DNA of 64,000 bases from Selaginella moellendorffii (GCF_000143415.4 NW_003314263.1:2854041-2918040); one strand, 5' to 3'. Counted from the first letter of the stretch, positions 34,144 through 47,714 are shown. The notes: a model not told the origin generated them from the sequence alone. Translations and numbers: made by a program.

Positions 34144-36764
34144 GTGTGCGAGGAAGAAGTGATAGGAGGCCCTCGTCGGGCTTTAGCGACGAGCAAGATA
34201 GGGTTGGAGGGGCGGAGGCTCGAAGAAATTTCGAGCGCGCAAGCTGATTCTCGTCCGGAGCTGGGATTCTGGCGTCCAGGTGATCGTCGCTCTGGATTCT
34301 GCGCTCTAACAGCGAAAATTTTCCAGCATTGGAGCCGAGCGATGAGAAATTCGAGGCCGTCGACAGAGGACTGGCTCCAGGCGATGGGAAATCAAGGTAT
34401 GGATCGAAGAACTTCGGTGTTTTCTTCTCTTCTTGACGCTTGTTGGATCGCTAGAGGGGAGCGGCAAGGAAATATTTCCACAGGATACATTTCCAGAGGT
34501 GAGCGCTTCTTGCTTGGATTTCTTTCTTGGATGTGAGCTCTCATCCCAGGCCAAGGACGAAATCGAGAAGAATGCAGAACTCTTGCCTTGGTGCTCTGAG
34601 CAAAAGAACCGGAAGAGAAAGCTTCTAGAGCCGCTCGAGGACGATCGCGACCAGCATCTAGCTTTGACGCTCTATGTAGAGAAAACCTCCGGTAAGAACC
34701 AAAGCAGTGCTTCTCTTCGTCGTTCTTTTTTCTTGTTTCTCTCATTCGTTTGGTGTCTTCTTTGTAGCTGAGCATCCAAGAGCTGGAGTCGTGTACGAAG
34801 TTAGCCGGCCTCTGGCATCTTCCCCGTCGTCTCGACTGAGATCTCGCGTTGCGATGGTAAAAACTTTGCGTTCTTATCTTCTAGAGATGAGACTTACAAT
34901 GCACGTAGGTGGTGAGCGTATCGAGCGAGGAAGTGAAGCTCAGATTTCCCAGTTGTTCCTCGTTGGAGAGGTTTCTTCGGAGCAACGCGGAAAAAAAGTG
35001 CTCCCTGGGAAGTTCGGAGACTATCTCGGAGACTATCATGGGTACGAAGCCGGAGCTAGACGAGGAGGTGACGATAACAGCAAAACTCGCGGAGGACCTC
35101 CTCATACGACCGATATCTTGCACTGAGCTCCTCCATCAAGGTCACCTTGAGTCCTTTTGGCTGGCTGAAGACAAAAAAGAGCCTGTTGTAAACAACCCGA
35201 GGAGCTGGGCTGTTCGAAGAAAATCAACGCGTGTCTCGAAGATCAACGAAAACGTTCAGCTCGCTGTGAGCAGGTTCAACAGCGGCTCTTCGATAACGCA
35301 TCCCGAGAAGACCCCAGTGAGGTGTACGGCCATTCAAGTTCGTAAAGATGTGCTTGGAAGGTGGTCTGCTGGACGGTAAGTGACTCGGTTTTGAAAACTT
35401 CGAGTGCTGTCTTGACTGTATCGATACAGATATGCGAGTGCACAGGAAAAGCTTATTGATCTTATGCGTGCTAAAGGAGCCCGGCCTGGCAATGCGATCT
35501 CAAGAGCCGTGTTACGAGAGGACGCACGGAAGTTTATCGGCGACACTGGCTTGCTGGATCACTTGTTGAAGCACTTGGTGGACAAAACGACACCTGATGG
35601 CCAACGTTTTAGGAGGCGGCATAACTCGGAAGGCAATCTCGAGTACTGGCTTGAAGATGCTTCTTTGATGGAGATTCGCAAGTCTGCCGGCATTGAAGAC
35701 CCCTTCTGGCTTCCACCTCCTGGCTGGAGTCCAGGAGACAAACTCCCGGACGGTGCCTATAGCTGCCGAGGCATGACCGCTTCAGAGGCTGCCGAGATGA
35801 AAAGCCTCAAGCAAGAAGTTGAGCAACTCAAAAGGTCTGTTGTGCTTTCGTTGTTCTGAATTACTTGGACTGAGTGTTTCGTGTTCCAAACAGTACGCTT
35901 TCTACAATGAGGAGCTCTCCAACAGAAACCGAGACTCTGACACAAAACTCCGATCAAGCGTGGCAAGAATCCCAGGACAAAAGAAGGATGAGAACGCAAG
36001 TCGAGGTATTAATATCAATCACTTTGAGTGGTTTTTCATTGACGAGGTTTTATCCTTCCAGAATCTCAAGGCAAGCATTGAGGAGCTTCAAAGCGCTTAC
36101 ATCCATCTCCACGAGCTGCATCGCGAGAACTCGCACTTTATGGTTCATGATCTTGTTTCGTAAAACAGTTTTTTACTTTTTGCCTCCAGGAAACAGGATA
36201 CGCAACCTTTATCAAGACCGAAAACCAGGTTGATAGAGACCGAGAAAGGTGTGAAATTTTTTCCCTGGAAACCATCGCTGTCTCAACTGGAACTGGATGA
36301 TTTTTCTTTCTAGAGATCACGAGCGGCTGGACAAGCTGGAACATCAAGTTCGTAGCATTGTCAAGGTAGAATCAATTTCTCTTATCGGCGTTAAGTCGAT
36401 CACTGTTGCTTGGCTTTTAATTACCAGGATGCGGCGGTCGAGAAACTCGCCACGGAGTCCCAGTTCAAGATCTTGTGGAAGGTCGTCATGGCTTTGCAGG
36501 TCAGTGAATCCCAATCTAGTGCCAGGCATGGAAGAAAAGCTAAAACTTTCGTGGTGTTTGTTCTCTAGATGTTCCAGGACAATAACATCGTCGTCAAGCC
36601 TGTGCTTCGCCAGGAGGTGGAAGAGAGCTCTGTCGCGAGGATGGAACAAGGTAAGAAAAGCTCAAAGCAAATTCACCTCCATTCACCATGGTCACAATTT
36701 TACAGCAGAAATTCGCACTCTCGACGAAGAAATTGGATGGCTTGGCCTCGCGCCTCCCGCATGA
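34144..36764 (+). CDS. SWI1: DYAD/SWI1/AMEIOTIC1-like protein, long paralogue (5' end uncertain)
   Basis: GVVYEV...VKLRFPSCSSLERFL N-domain; GRWSAGRY, FIGDTGLLDHLLKH, RFRRRHNSEGNLEYWLE, DPFWLPPPGW, C-terminal WLGLA. Confidence 0.85.
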
Positions 36765-37035
36765 AAGTAATAAAAACAAGGACTCTTTGCGAATCGAGGG
36801 GGGTAAAATTTCTCCACAAGAAATTCCGTGTGATCGTGTTTTCGCGGCAGTTTGTGTTTTTAGGGCTTGAGATTTAAATTCTACCAGCGTGGCACATTCC
36901 CGCCCTTTCACGCGTGCGTGAGCTAGGGTTCTTGTTCTTGGTGTGGGACGGTTTGGCGATGACGGGAGCGGGATTGAAAGCGTCCTCGCCGGAGTTCTCC
37001 TGGTAAGCCCGCCGTGCCGGGGATTTAGCGCTGTG

Positions 37036-37835
37036 ATGGCCGCGTCTTGCAGGATCCAGGGACGATGGATACGGACAGGGCACATTGCGGAAGAAATCCG
37101 CAAGCAAAAGGATCGGGTGCCAAGGTAATCACTTCTCTTCATTTCTGTGCTTGAAATTTCTCGTTTCCAGGCGGAAGGTCGGGAAATATCCAATCCCTGG
37201 TTACATGGGCCATATTCCCGATCACAATCCACAAAGCGCCACAGCCAATGATGAGAAGCCATGCTGCAAGCAGAAAATGCTACTGTTTGATCTTGACCAG
37301 TACTCGCGAGGTGCCTGGCCACATTATAAAGGTTTTAAAACCCAGGTATGATTTTTATTCTTGATTCTTCCCGGAAACTTTAAACAGTTCGCTACGGTTG
37401 ACGCATCTTGTCTCACTTTTTCCAGGTAGAGAACAATGTGAAGGATCCAAATCAAGCTCCTCCCGGTGCCACAACGTATGAATACTACAACGATCGATTG
37501 AATAGAGCACAGAAGATTTTGAACCGGCCTCCACCCAAGCGAGCCGCTGTAAGATTTTCTTTTCCTGTACTGCTTGCGGATTTAGAATCTGTTGTTTTCT
37601 GCAGCATAAAAGTGGAGTTAAGTCCTTTTTCTCTGAAGGAAGTTCTGAGGCTGTGTCTGCGAATGGATTGGTATGCACATTTTTTATCAAGTGGCATTTT
37701 CAAACCCTAGCTTTCTCTTCTGCTTTGCCTTTTACACAGGGAATGGCTGAAAGCTTTTTCAAGTATGCCCGACCTTACGAAGGGTCGTTGTGGGCATTGC
37801 AAGCAGAAAAAGCATTAGCGTCTCGCTACTTGTGA
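37036..37835 (+). CDS. Small spliced protein with PGYMGHIP motif; putative flagellar microtubule-inner-protein-like
   Basis: Five in-phase exons; PGYxGHIP and WPHYKGF motifs resemble PYG/FAM166-type repeats. Confidence 0.55.
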
Positions 37836-37915
37836 CGGACTACTTAGGCAGCGGGGTCAACAAAAGGGAGCAGTATGGGCATGTAAATGTGGAAGACTCA
37901 ACTTTAGCAAGACTT

Positions 37916-39656
37916 TCAAACAGGAGGAGTAGATTCTGGTACTACAACAGGTGGCTGAGTCAGAGCTATGAAGCTTGGCCTTCTCGACAGTCTGGATATT
38001 TTTTCCATGTCGGTTGTGGAATCAATGTGGTGGGGAAGGTCACGGTGGCGGCCAATGAACATGACAGCGATGATAAACATTTTTCCTGGGGCGTTCCAAG
38101 TTCCTGAGAAGCTGAGCGTGGTGTCCTTGCAATGGCCCGGTTGGAGCCTCAAGTTGCAGCTGTATCCAAGAGTCAAGCCGACGCATCCGTAGGCACTGCA
38201 TGTGGGACGAAAACAGGGAAAGGCTTTAGGAACGAGCAGACAACAGCGAGAGAGAAAATGACAGGATATAAAAAGGGAGGCCAACCTTGCAACTTCGAAG
38301 AGTATGGCGAACAGGTTGAAGTTCCGGGGATCCTTTTCCATTTGGCTGTTGAGAGAGATGCTGATGAAGACCACAAGAAGGAACAGGAAGGTGTTGTCGT
38401 TTGCAAGGTTTCGTCTGGACTGTGTCAATAGTGTGGTATCATCTTCTCTGCTCTGTTCTCCTCTCAGCAACACAGGGTACGGCTTGATATACCTGCAAAG
38501 TATATAGACAATGACGATCTCTTCAGCAGATAACGACTCACATCATAACGCAGTAGAAGAAGAGCATGGCTTGCGAGAGCTCCACGAGGTTCAACGAGTT
38601 CATACCACCACTGCGCGTGCTGAACGCCTGGAAGAGACCATTGACAAGCTTCTCACCAGGGCGTAGTCCATCAAGCGCCTCGTTGTTCCAGTCCAGTGCG
38701 CAGAAGATGAGGCCCCCTAATGCATTGGAACCTGTGACGGCCAGTAACAGCCACAGCGTTGCAGTTTTGGGGAACAGGTGTAAGTAGTATTTTCTGGGAT
38801 GCTCTAGCAGGAGCGTGTAGACTTCCTTCTTCGTTCCTGTGGTGTAGCGGTGGACCAGCCATAGAATTCCTCGCAAGGCAACAGGGAACAGGGTGTTACC
38901 GAGCAGAATGACGAGGCCGAGGTCGAGAAGCAAAACGCTGTTCGTGTTGAAGGCGACTAAGTTTTCGTTCGTAAGCACGAAGCCGACGTTGTTGAAAGCC
39001 GAGATGGTTGCAAAGAGCGCGAAGAAGCCCGGGTTGATTGTCTTGCTCTCAAGAACCGACTTGGCGTTTGAAGAGCACTGGATGGAAATCCATGCAACGA
39101 CGAAACCGAGCAAGTGAACAGCCAGCAAGTACCACACAACAATGTCAGCCAGGTGACAAATGGCTTGGTGCTCAAGGAAGACAACTTTGAAAGACTCGGG
39201 AAGGTTTGGCCTGAAAGCCAAGGACTCCAGCCAGAGGTCGTCATTGGATCGCAAGCAGAGAGTTCTATACAACGACTCAAACAGGCTCTTGCTCTTTACT
39301 CGGGGCCTCAATGCCATCCTGGCTATCTTGCAGTACCTGTGCTTCTTGACAAGCAGCGGGACAACCAATGACAAAACCTGGCCTCCCAGGACCATCAGCA
39401 CCATGACAAGCACCTGGCCAGGCGCTGGAATGTCCTCGATCTGAATACTCGAGAGTCCGCTGAGGCACATCGCCGACACAGCCGTGTAGAAGCAGTCCAG
39501 GAAGCTAAGGTGGCTATGCGTGGATCCTTCTCTCGTTCCAAAGCTCCGGAGGAGGAGAGCCCCGAGCAGGCTGAGGCCGACGAAGTAGAGGATGTGGAGG
39601 TGGTAGTAACACGGTCTCTTCTTCGCCAATCTCCGAAGAACAGCTGAAACATCCAT
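37916..39656 (-). CDS. HKT: HKT/Trk cation transporter, copy A
   Basis: Four pore loops SAMCLSGL, SAFNNVGF, STRSGGMN, SAYGCVGLTLGY; also SFSGTW and MFIGRHR. Confidence 0.92.
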
Positions 39657-40342
39657 CGCCAGCTGCTGCGCATTAGCTCGTCATAGAGAATCGACCACAA
39701 AATCTATACAGTACAGGCACTGGAAGTGTTGCGCGGGGACACTCTCAAGCACAGGGGATTAAATAGGCCAGCGAGGGAAATTCTATGGAGAAGTTTAGCT
39801 CTCTCGCTCGCTCGCTCGAAAACGCTCGACTCTGACCTCCTACAAAGTCAGTAGAAGTCTTGGCGAGCGCATTCGCACAAGTTACTATCAGACTTTGACG
39901 ACGAGCACTCCATAACCTGATGTGTTGCTCCCAACGAGTGGTGGATCGAGCATTGCGGCAAAGGAAACTTATATGCTGCCCCCCGTCAGTGGTGTGGATC
40001 GAGTAATCCTGTTCGTGGCTACAGCGAGCGAATACTTTCTCCATCATTTAGTGGAGGTAAAAAAGCCTTCTTTTCACTCTGTTTTGATCTTCCCACTTCC
40101 AGGCCTCGCACCAAGTGTGGCATACGTTGGCCCTTCGTCCATCCGATCAGCAAGCAAGAACCAAACGACTAGAAATTTATAATACACATAATCAATTGTG
40201 TGTCCACGATTTTCTCTTAAAGCGTGCAAGAATCTTAATCTCGAGAGGACTGTACACAAAGGTATGTGCTCCTTTTTTCTCTCTTCTTTTTGGCGATGGT
40301 GTTCTACAGCTTTCCGAAAAGAGGTTCTCGTCTATCTTTGTT

Positions 40343-42442
40343 TCACGACAAATCAACAAGATCTGTACATTCCGATCTCGGTGGTGCGATTATCGTGATG
40401 GAGCCATCGGGTTGTGCTACGGTCTGGCTCCGCAACATGCTGTAGAACTTGTCCTCTGGGAGCAAGATCGCAGAGTCGATGCTATCTGGTAGACCCCTGT
40501 GTCTGCCGAGAAACATGACCAGGATGAGCAAGAGCTTGCCAACAACGCCCCATTTGCCCGAGAAGCTGTACGGGACGTCCGTGCATGGCGCCGAATCGAT
40601 CCTCAGGCTGCAGCTGTAGCCCAGCGTCAGCCCGACATTGCCGTACGCGCTGCAAGTTCGATCAAATCAGAAACTCGTGAGCTCGATCAGAGGAGAGAGG
40701 ATGATTTTGTAACTTAGATGATAACTTGGATGAATTTCGAAGTTTTAGAGATTTTGTCTTGCAACTCGAAGGGTTTTCGTACCTTATGACCTCGAAGATG
40801 ACGCTAAAGATGGTGAAGTTGCGGGGATCGCTTTTGAGCTGCTTGTTGTCCGACACGCAGATGAAAAAGGTGGCGAGGAAGAGGTAGGCCCAGTCCTGAG
40901 CCAGCAATCTCTTGGACTGGGTCGTGATTGTGGTGTCCAAAACGTCCCGGTCCAGCCCCACAATCACAGAAGCCCGCTGCTCTTTGGCTTCGTAGTGTCG
41001 TGAGTACTGCCGCGAGAGGAATACCGGGTAAGCAGCAATATACCTGCAAAACCATAGCATTCTCACGCTCAGTAAACTCAAGCTGCCACCTTTTCTCTCT
41101 CTTCCAAGATGCTGGGAAGAGGGAAAATAGGTGGCGGCGTAATAGTAACTTACATCATGCCGCAGTAGAGGAAGAGCATTGAGGGCGAGAGATCTGCAAG
41201 GTTCATGGAGTTCATGCCTGCACTCCGCGTGTTAACAGACTGAAAGATGCCATTGACAACCTTGTCACCTGTGCCGAAACCCTCCAAGGCCTTGCTTTTC
41301 CAGTCCAAAATGTAAAACATGAGGCACTCAAACCCATTGAACCCGGTGACGGCGAGAACTAACCAGAGGGTGGTGGTCCGCGGGAACAAGTGCGTGTAGC
41401 ACTTCCTGGGGTGCTCCAGCAGGAACTCGTAATCCTCGCGCCGGGTGGCGTCGACTCGGTGGAGCAGCCAGATGATCCCGCGCAGCGATGGCGCAAACAT
41501 GGTGTTGCCCAGGAGGATGATCGCCGCCAGCGCCAGCAGCAGCACGGTGGAGGAGCTGAAGAGGGTCATGTTTTCATCGACGAGGACGAAGCCGGCATTC
41601 GCGAAAGATGAGACTGTGAGGAAGAGCGCGAAGAAGCCGATGTTGATGTTCTTGCTCTCCAGGCTCGACTTGGCGCTGGCATCGCCCAGGATGCATCTCC
41701 AGGTGATGAAGAAGCCGGTGAGATGGACGAGGATGTAGTACCAGACGACGATCCAGGTGAGTGACACGGTTGCGCTGTGCTCTTGGAAGATCTCGCGCAA
41801 GTGCTGGGCGTGCTTCTTGGACGCCATCTCGCGCATCCAGACGTCCTCTTTGGAGCGGAGCTTCATGGAGCCGCTCAATCTCCTCAAGAGCCGGACAGCA
41901 CCGCTTTGCGTTCTTTTAAGAGATCCTGGAGACGATCCTCCTTGCGAGCTCGAGGGTGTGGTAGCGCTAGTAGGAGTAGCATCGTCTTCACGATCTTGAG
42001 GAGCTTGGGCGTTTGGATTGGGGACGAGATCGCGATCATTGTCGGGATTAGAGCTCGACGATGGCCGCGTGCGATCATCCTGCGCGAGGACTTGCCTGGC
42101 GACGTCGCAGTAGCGCTGCTTCTTGACGAAGAGTGGAACCACCGAGGTGACGACCTGGCCGCCCAGGATCATCATCAGCATGAGCACGACTTGGCCGCCG
42201 GGGGGGATGCTCTCGATCGGGACGCTGGCGAGGCCGGTGATGCAGAGCGCGGAGGTGATGAGGTAGAAGCAGTCGATGAATTTCAGGTGGGAGATCTTGC
42301 TATGGCGGCGGGCTCCAATCCCCCAGAGGATCCACGTCCCGGCGATGGCGATGGCGATGAAGTAGGCCAGGTGGAGGCGGAAGAACGTCAAGTGTTTCCT
42401 CGCGAGCGTCACTGTGCTGCTTCTCCTCCTCGAGACTGGCAT
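40343..42442 (-). CDS. HKT: HKT/Trk cation transporter, copy B
   Basis: Pore loops [36 protein letters not shown]; [10 protein letters not shown]. Confidence 0.92.
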
Positions 42443-42686
42443 GATCGTGTGGAAGCATTGGAGAATTTCTTGTTCTTTGATCTTCGCGATCAAAATTTGA
42501 AGAGAACGAAGAAACAGAAGTAAGAGCCCTAACGTCAAGGTACACGTGGATGTGACAGAAATATGACACGTAAGTATATGACGTGTCAGGTACGTGGCAA
42601 GGGAAATAAACACAATTGCGAAAACGCGAGAAAGAGAAACTCACGAGAGAAAAAACCAGAGAGAATAAATGTTATCTCACTCCGAC

Positions 42687-42906
42687 TCCACATTGACTGG
42701 ATCCTAGATAAAAAAGAAGGATGGAAAAAAAGCTAGAGCAATGCAAAGCTAGAGCCTCATCGAGCCATGGCCAGGCGTGCTGCTTGGCAGCCTTCAATTA
42801 CCTCCACTTGTTTCCAAAGGTTTGCTCGTAACCTGAGCCAGGGAGAGAGCCAAAAATAAGTCAAGAGAGAAAGAAAAAGAAAGGCAAATATTCCAAAGTG
42901 TTTACC
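42687..42906 (-). pseudogene. YKT6 gene fragment (exons and introns) upstream of HKT copy B
   Basis: Collinear with 52098-52343 (CACATTGACTGGATCCTAGA; GAGCCATGGCCAGGCGTGCTGCTTG; TTCCAAAGTGTTTACC). Confidence 0.85.
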
Positions 42907-42962
42907 CGAGAATTTCAGCAACGTGAAGAATACCTGTCGTTCATCTCTCAGCACCTGGAACC

Positions 42963-43052
42963 CCAGACAGTAGCCATGGCTGATATCTCGAACTCTGGTA
43001 CAAAAGATCAAGGAGATCTTTGTAGCAGAGTCAGCCATGGCTACTGTTTTGG
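42963..43052. repeat. ~90-nt fold-back inverted repeat (hairpin)
   Basis: Perfect 17-bp outer stem ACAGTAGCCATGGCTGA / TCAGCCATGGCTACTGT, plus inner stem CTCTGGTACAAAAGATC / GATCTTTGTAGCAGAG. Confidence 0.85.
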
Positions 43053-43619
43053 ACAAGAAGAGCTCTCAGATGGAGTCGGCTGAGCTGCGGATTAGCTTCT
43101 GCGTCCTGATCGCGTGTGACTTGTCGGAAACGCTTAAGCACCCGAAGCACTGGGCTTGAAGAGCTTGAAGCTTTTGGAGACGGAGGAGCCGCCTGGAAAA
43201 CTTACCATGGAAGAAAGTGGTCTGGAGGAGAGCTATTGCTAGCCTTTGTGCTAGGAGTTATTGGAAGTTGAGGAAAAACTTTGGCAGCTGGGGTTCCTCA
43301 TCTTCTAGCAACTGCAGCCATCCTGGATTAGTTTGCTCATCAGAGTGAGTACCTTGAGTGTGTGACGAGAGATAATCCTTATAGAGAGTTGTCTCGTCAA
43401 AAACAACATCTCAACTGATCAGTAGCTGCTTCTGGTCCAAGCTGTAAAGTCAATAGGCCTTCTAAGTCTTGCTGTAGCCTGCTTAGGATCTAGCTTCTTT
43501 TGCAGTTCGCTTGGAATGTGTGCACAGCAAAACACTTGAAAGTGTCTGGACACTTATCCACACCTGATCTGGTATGATTCTTGATGCTCTGACTTGGTAA
43601 GCGATTCCTGATATGTAAA

Positions 43620-45400
43620 ACCATAATTAAAATGTTCAGGAAAACAATATGATATAAACTTTAAATTAGATTCAAAAGTAGATATTAAACCCTAGAGATA
43701 TTTAACTTTCTTGGCATTTTATTCCTCTTATATAGTATAATATCTAAAAATAATTTATTACATTATAAAAATTAAAAGTTTCAAATCAATAAATTAAATA
43801 AAAAATATGTATTAAATTACAACAAAAACATTATATATTATTATTATTTGAATATTAAATAATTTTAAAATAGTTTTAAACTAGAATAATAAAAATTGAC
43901 ATTAAAATAATTAGTAATCCCAAAAATTTTGACTTTAAGAAAAAAGAGAATAAAAAAGCCTGTTGAATATATAAGAAATCTAATTTGTAATCTGCAATTG
44001 CATCGGTTGGTAAAAATAATTTTTGTCTAACTATAATGCAAAGTTTTTATATAAACACATATAAAGATTTTTGTTAATAATTTAGTTGTGTTTATTTTAT
44101 CAGCACTATTATTGAAATTTTTTTCTTTAAAATTATTAATTTATATATTTTATTTATAATTTAAATTTTATAAAAAATTAAAAAGAAATAAATATTTATC
44201 AGAAAATATTAAATAATTAATTATTAAATTTTTACAAATGTGCAAAAATAATACACATATATAACTCCCAAGCTAGTGGGAAATACAATCTATTAGGGCA
44301 AAACAATATTGAATAAATAACTTTGTTTACCAATTATAGAATAGTGGGTGATAGAGAAATAACATTAAACTTCTTTGCACTTTAAATCTAGGACATTATC
44401 AATACACTCTTCTATTAGGAAAATAAAAAAGTTATGGAAATGAACACAAATATAGCATTTATAAATTGTAATTTGCACAAATATACTCTATTACCCTGTT
44501 CTAAAGTTAAATGGAAGAACTCATTGAGCTTGCCAATTCTTTATTTTTTGGAAAATTGTTTAGAAAGTAAAAAAATGTAACCATCAAACTCCTTGGACCC
44601 TAAGCTAATTGTCATCCCATCCTACACAATTCAACTCAATGCACAAAATGCCAAAGAATTAAATTTGTTTATTTGAATTAAGATGATTTCCTGAATCTAT
44701 ATTATATATAGCTTCCACACATGCTAAGAGTTCTTTGGGAGTTCCAAGCCATTAATAATAGCCCATACACCCACATTTATTTGATTTGTATCATGTGGTT
44801 AAACATCTATTGCCTCATATTATAAAAAAAAATGAAAACTGTGTAGCAAAGGGCACAAAGGTCAAAAGTTTTGTGCATATTTCCCAATCTTTCAATCTAA
44901 AGAAAATTAAAGTTAAAAACTCATTTTTCCAAGAAATCAAAATTTATTTAAAAGAAAAAGATATTTAACTCTTTGTTAAATGTAAAACTATTAGCTTATA
45001 TACTTTATACCATTTTTTTAAAAATAGTATTTTATTATTTTAAACAGACTTTTTATATTCTCACTTGTTCTAGAAACTATTTACAATATAACAAGATGGG
45101 GCTTGTATCATTTATAGCAGATGACAAACTATATCTAATTCAATTAATATATATTTTAGTTTACCAATGCATTGAATTCTATTATTGATATTATTATTAG
45201 CATTATTATTTTTGTTATTATATTATAGGCCTAAATATTTTAGTTGGTATTGAAATATCATTTTATTTTACTACCTTTGACATTACTTAGTTTTGTATAT
45301 TAACAAATAAATATCAGTCTTGTATATACACACACAAGATTCCATACTTCAATTACAACCACTATATAAAACGATATTGAGTGGTTTTGATGGTAAAGGC
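43620..45400. other. AT-rich non-coding island
   Basis: Very AT-rich, CpG-poor; lies just upstream of the truncated SHPRH copy. Confidence 0.7.
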
Positions 45401-45739
45401 CACTTTAACATGGTAGTTTAGTTGACTTTATAGTATACGTTGGGAAAGCCACAATCGTTGTGTCTGTTGGTGACGAGTCATAGAACGAGGTTCCCCTGGT
45501 AGCAGGACCAAGCCGCAGAAGACACCCGCTCCCAATGTTGTATATACGTCTGGCATGCAAGGATTGCTGAATGTTGTATATAGAGCCTGATGCTCTCAAT
45601 TCTGGCGTTCTTGGCAGTCTCAGATCAACTGTCTCACCCAAACTGATGTTGAGCGATGACTGAGATGCCATGAACACTGAACCTGCCTTTCGGAATGCTT
45701 CTAGTCTTGTTCTAAGGTATGTTTTCCTTATCTTTCTTG

Positions 45740-47714
45740 GAAGGTACTCTAGTGAGCATGTAGATACCACGACCTTAACGGCCTCAAGTTCTTATCTCCA
45801 TGAGACTCGTGACCACGTACTGAGTCGCTTACTTGAAATGGATGGCGGGATGCAGAATCCGAATCCCGATTATGTGCAGCGCGCTGGACAATGTTCCCAG
45901 TGCCAGCCTAGACACACTGGGATAACTTGTGTTCATTGTGCGATTGATCTCATGTTTCAGGTACAATCTAGTGGATAAACAGAAATATGCAAATAGGCGA
46001 TTTTACTTGACGTCCCGAGCAGCTGAATTAGATGGCATTGTTGCTGCAGAAGACGCCTTTGTTTCTCAAGTACGTTCACAGGCAGGAGAAAAGGAGCAGC
46101 AGTAGCTGCGGTAAGGCAACTTCTTTTTGTTTTTCTAACTTTTTTCTTTTGTTTTTCTTTGCTTCGAGCTTAAATATTTCTTTTCACAGGTTACGCACAG
46201 ATGTTCTGAAACGGAAATGGTTTTAAAGATTTTACTTGCATACATGAAAGCAGAAACGTCGAAGCCGCAAAGAAGCATCTCGAGTACCTTGAAGTAAACA
46301 CTCCTGTGCTTATTTGTAAGTCTGTTTGACAAACCGTGTCAATTCAGGCATTGCGTAGCGAATATGCAGCGGCGAGACGCTTGACAACAGCACAACAATT
46401 AGTTCTAACTGCATTGGACGAGCTGAGCATGTCGACAACAAGGCTATGTTTGCAAGGTGCCAAGGCTGCAGACGGCAATCCTTTTGGTGATGAAGGCTAC
46501 GAGATAGCAATTAGAAACGCGGAGCTTACCAACGAAAAATTTGTTGCTGTTGAGAATCTATCTCGTGTGAAGAGGCAGCTCAGATACTTGAAGGTATTAG
46601 GCTTAAGTTTTCTTTTATTCGCAGCTCCTCTCATTTCCGGATTGCAGGGTGTAAGGAATAAGAAGGACGAGGGCCATAACAGTTTGGAAGGAGAAACTTG
46701 CCCAGTTTGCCACGATAGCTTAGAATCTGGAGCAATGGTCCTTCCATGCGGCCATTTGCTTTGTGGCAAGTGTAAGTTTTGGTGTCTTACTTTGTTGGTT
46801 TCCTGAGCAAATTTTCATTTTATTTCGCAGGTTTGAATCTTATTGTGGACTGCCATAAAGCACCAGCGATCGGTGCTGATTTCAAGCGCATTGCATGTCC
46901 AACGAGACAACAGACTTATGTCTCTAATATTGCTTATGCCAATGCTGAAGCGGCTTCTTCGAAAATTGCGGAAAACCTCCAGGAAGAAGAAGAGGACGAA
47001 GAAACATCTATAACCGTGGCAGGGTCGTATGGAACAAAGGTAATCTCGCTTTGTCGTCTGCTTTTTACTTCAATTCTTTTGCAACTTTGAAGATTGAAGC
47101 TGTCGTCAGGAGAATTTTTAGTCTGAAAGAAGACGATCCGTTTGTGAAAATTTTTGTGTTCTCGACGTGGCAAGAAGTGCTGGACTTATTAGAACACGCA
47201 CTGAAGAGCACAAGCTCAGCTGGGTTCGATTAAAGCACCGCAGGTAACATCGATAATCTGTTTTACTTTTACTCATGTGCTCGTTTTGTGTTTCTCACAG
47301 ACAAATGGGTTCTTCCATCTTGGAATTTAAGAAGGAGAACATCCAAGTCATGTTACTACCCATTCAACATGGTGCCAATGGCCTGAACTTAATAGAGGCC
47401 CAACACGTTATTTTGGTGGAGCCTTTGCTCAATCCGGCAGTAGAAGCTCAGGCTATCAATCGAGTCCACAGGATTGGCCAACGTCTAAAGACACTTGTAC
47501 ATAGATTCATTGTAAGTTACGTACGTTTCTTCTGTTTTCCAATTACTGATGACATTTCCAGATATGTAACACCGTGGAGGAGAACATCTACAAAATGAGC
47601 CAACAGAAGACGAACCTCCTTCCAATGAAACAAAAAGAGCAGCCTCTTTCAGCGAATGACATGAACAGCTTACTAGCTTGGGACGAACCGAAAGAGAACA
47701 CCCCCACTGGTTGA
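45740..47714 (+). pseudogene. SHPRH: 5'-truncated SHPRH-like (RING + helicase-C) pseudogene
   Basis: CPVCHD..LPCGHLLC RING whose last CxxC is reduced to CPTRQ; GSYGTKIEAV, VFSTWQEVL, GANGLNLIEAQHV, QAINRVHRIGQ. No SNF2 N-terminal ATPase. Confidence 0.8.

Noticed and set aside
43080-43610. Possible transposase or gene remnant
   Set aside because: No recognisable motif in any frame by eye.
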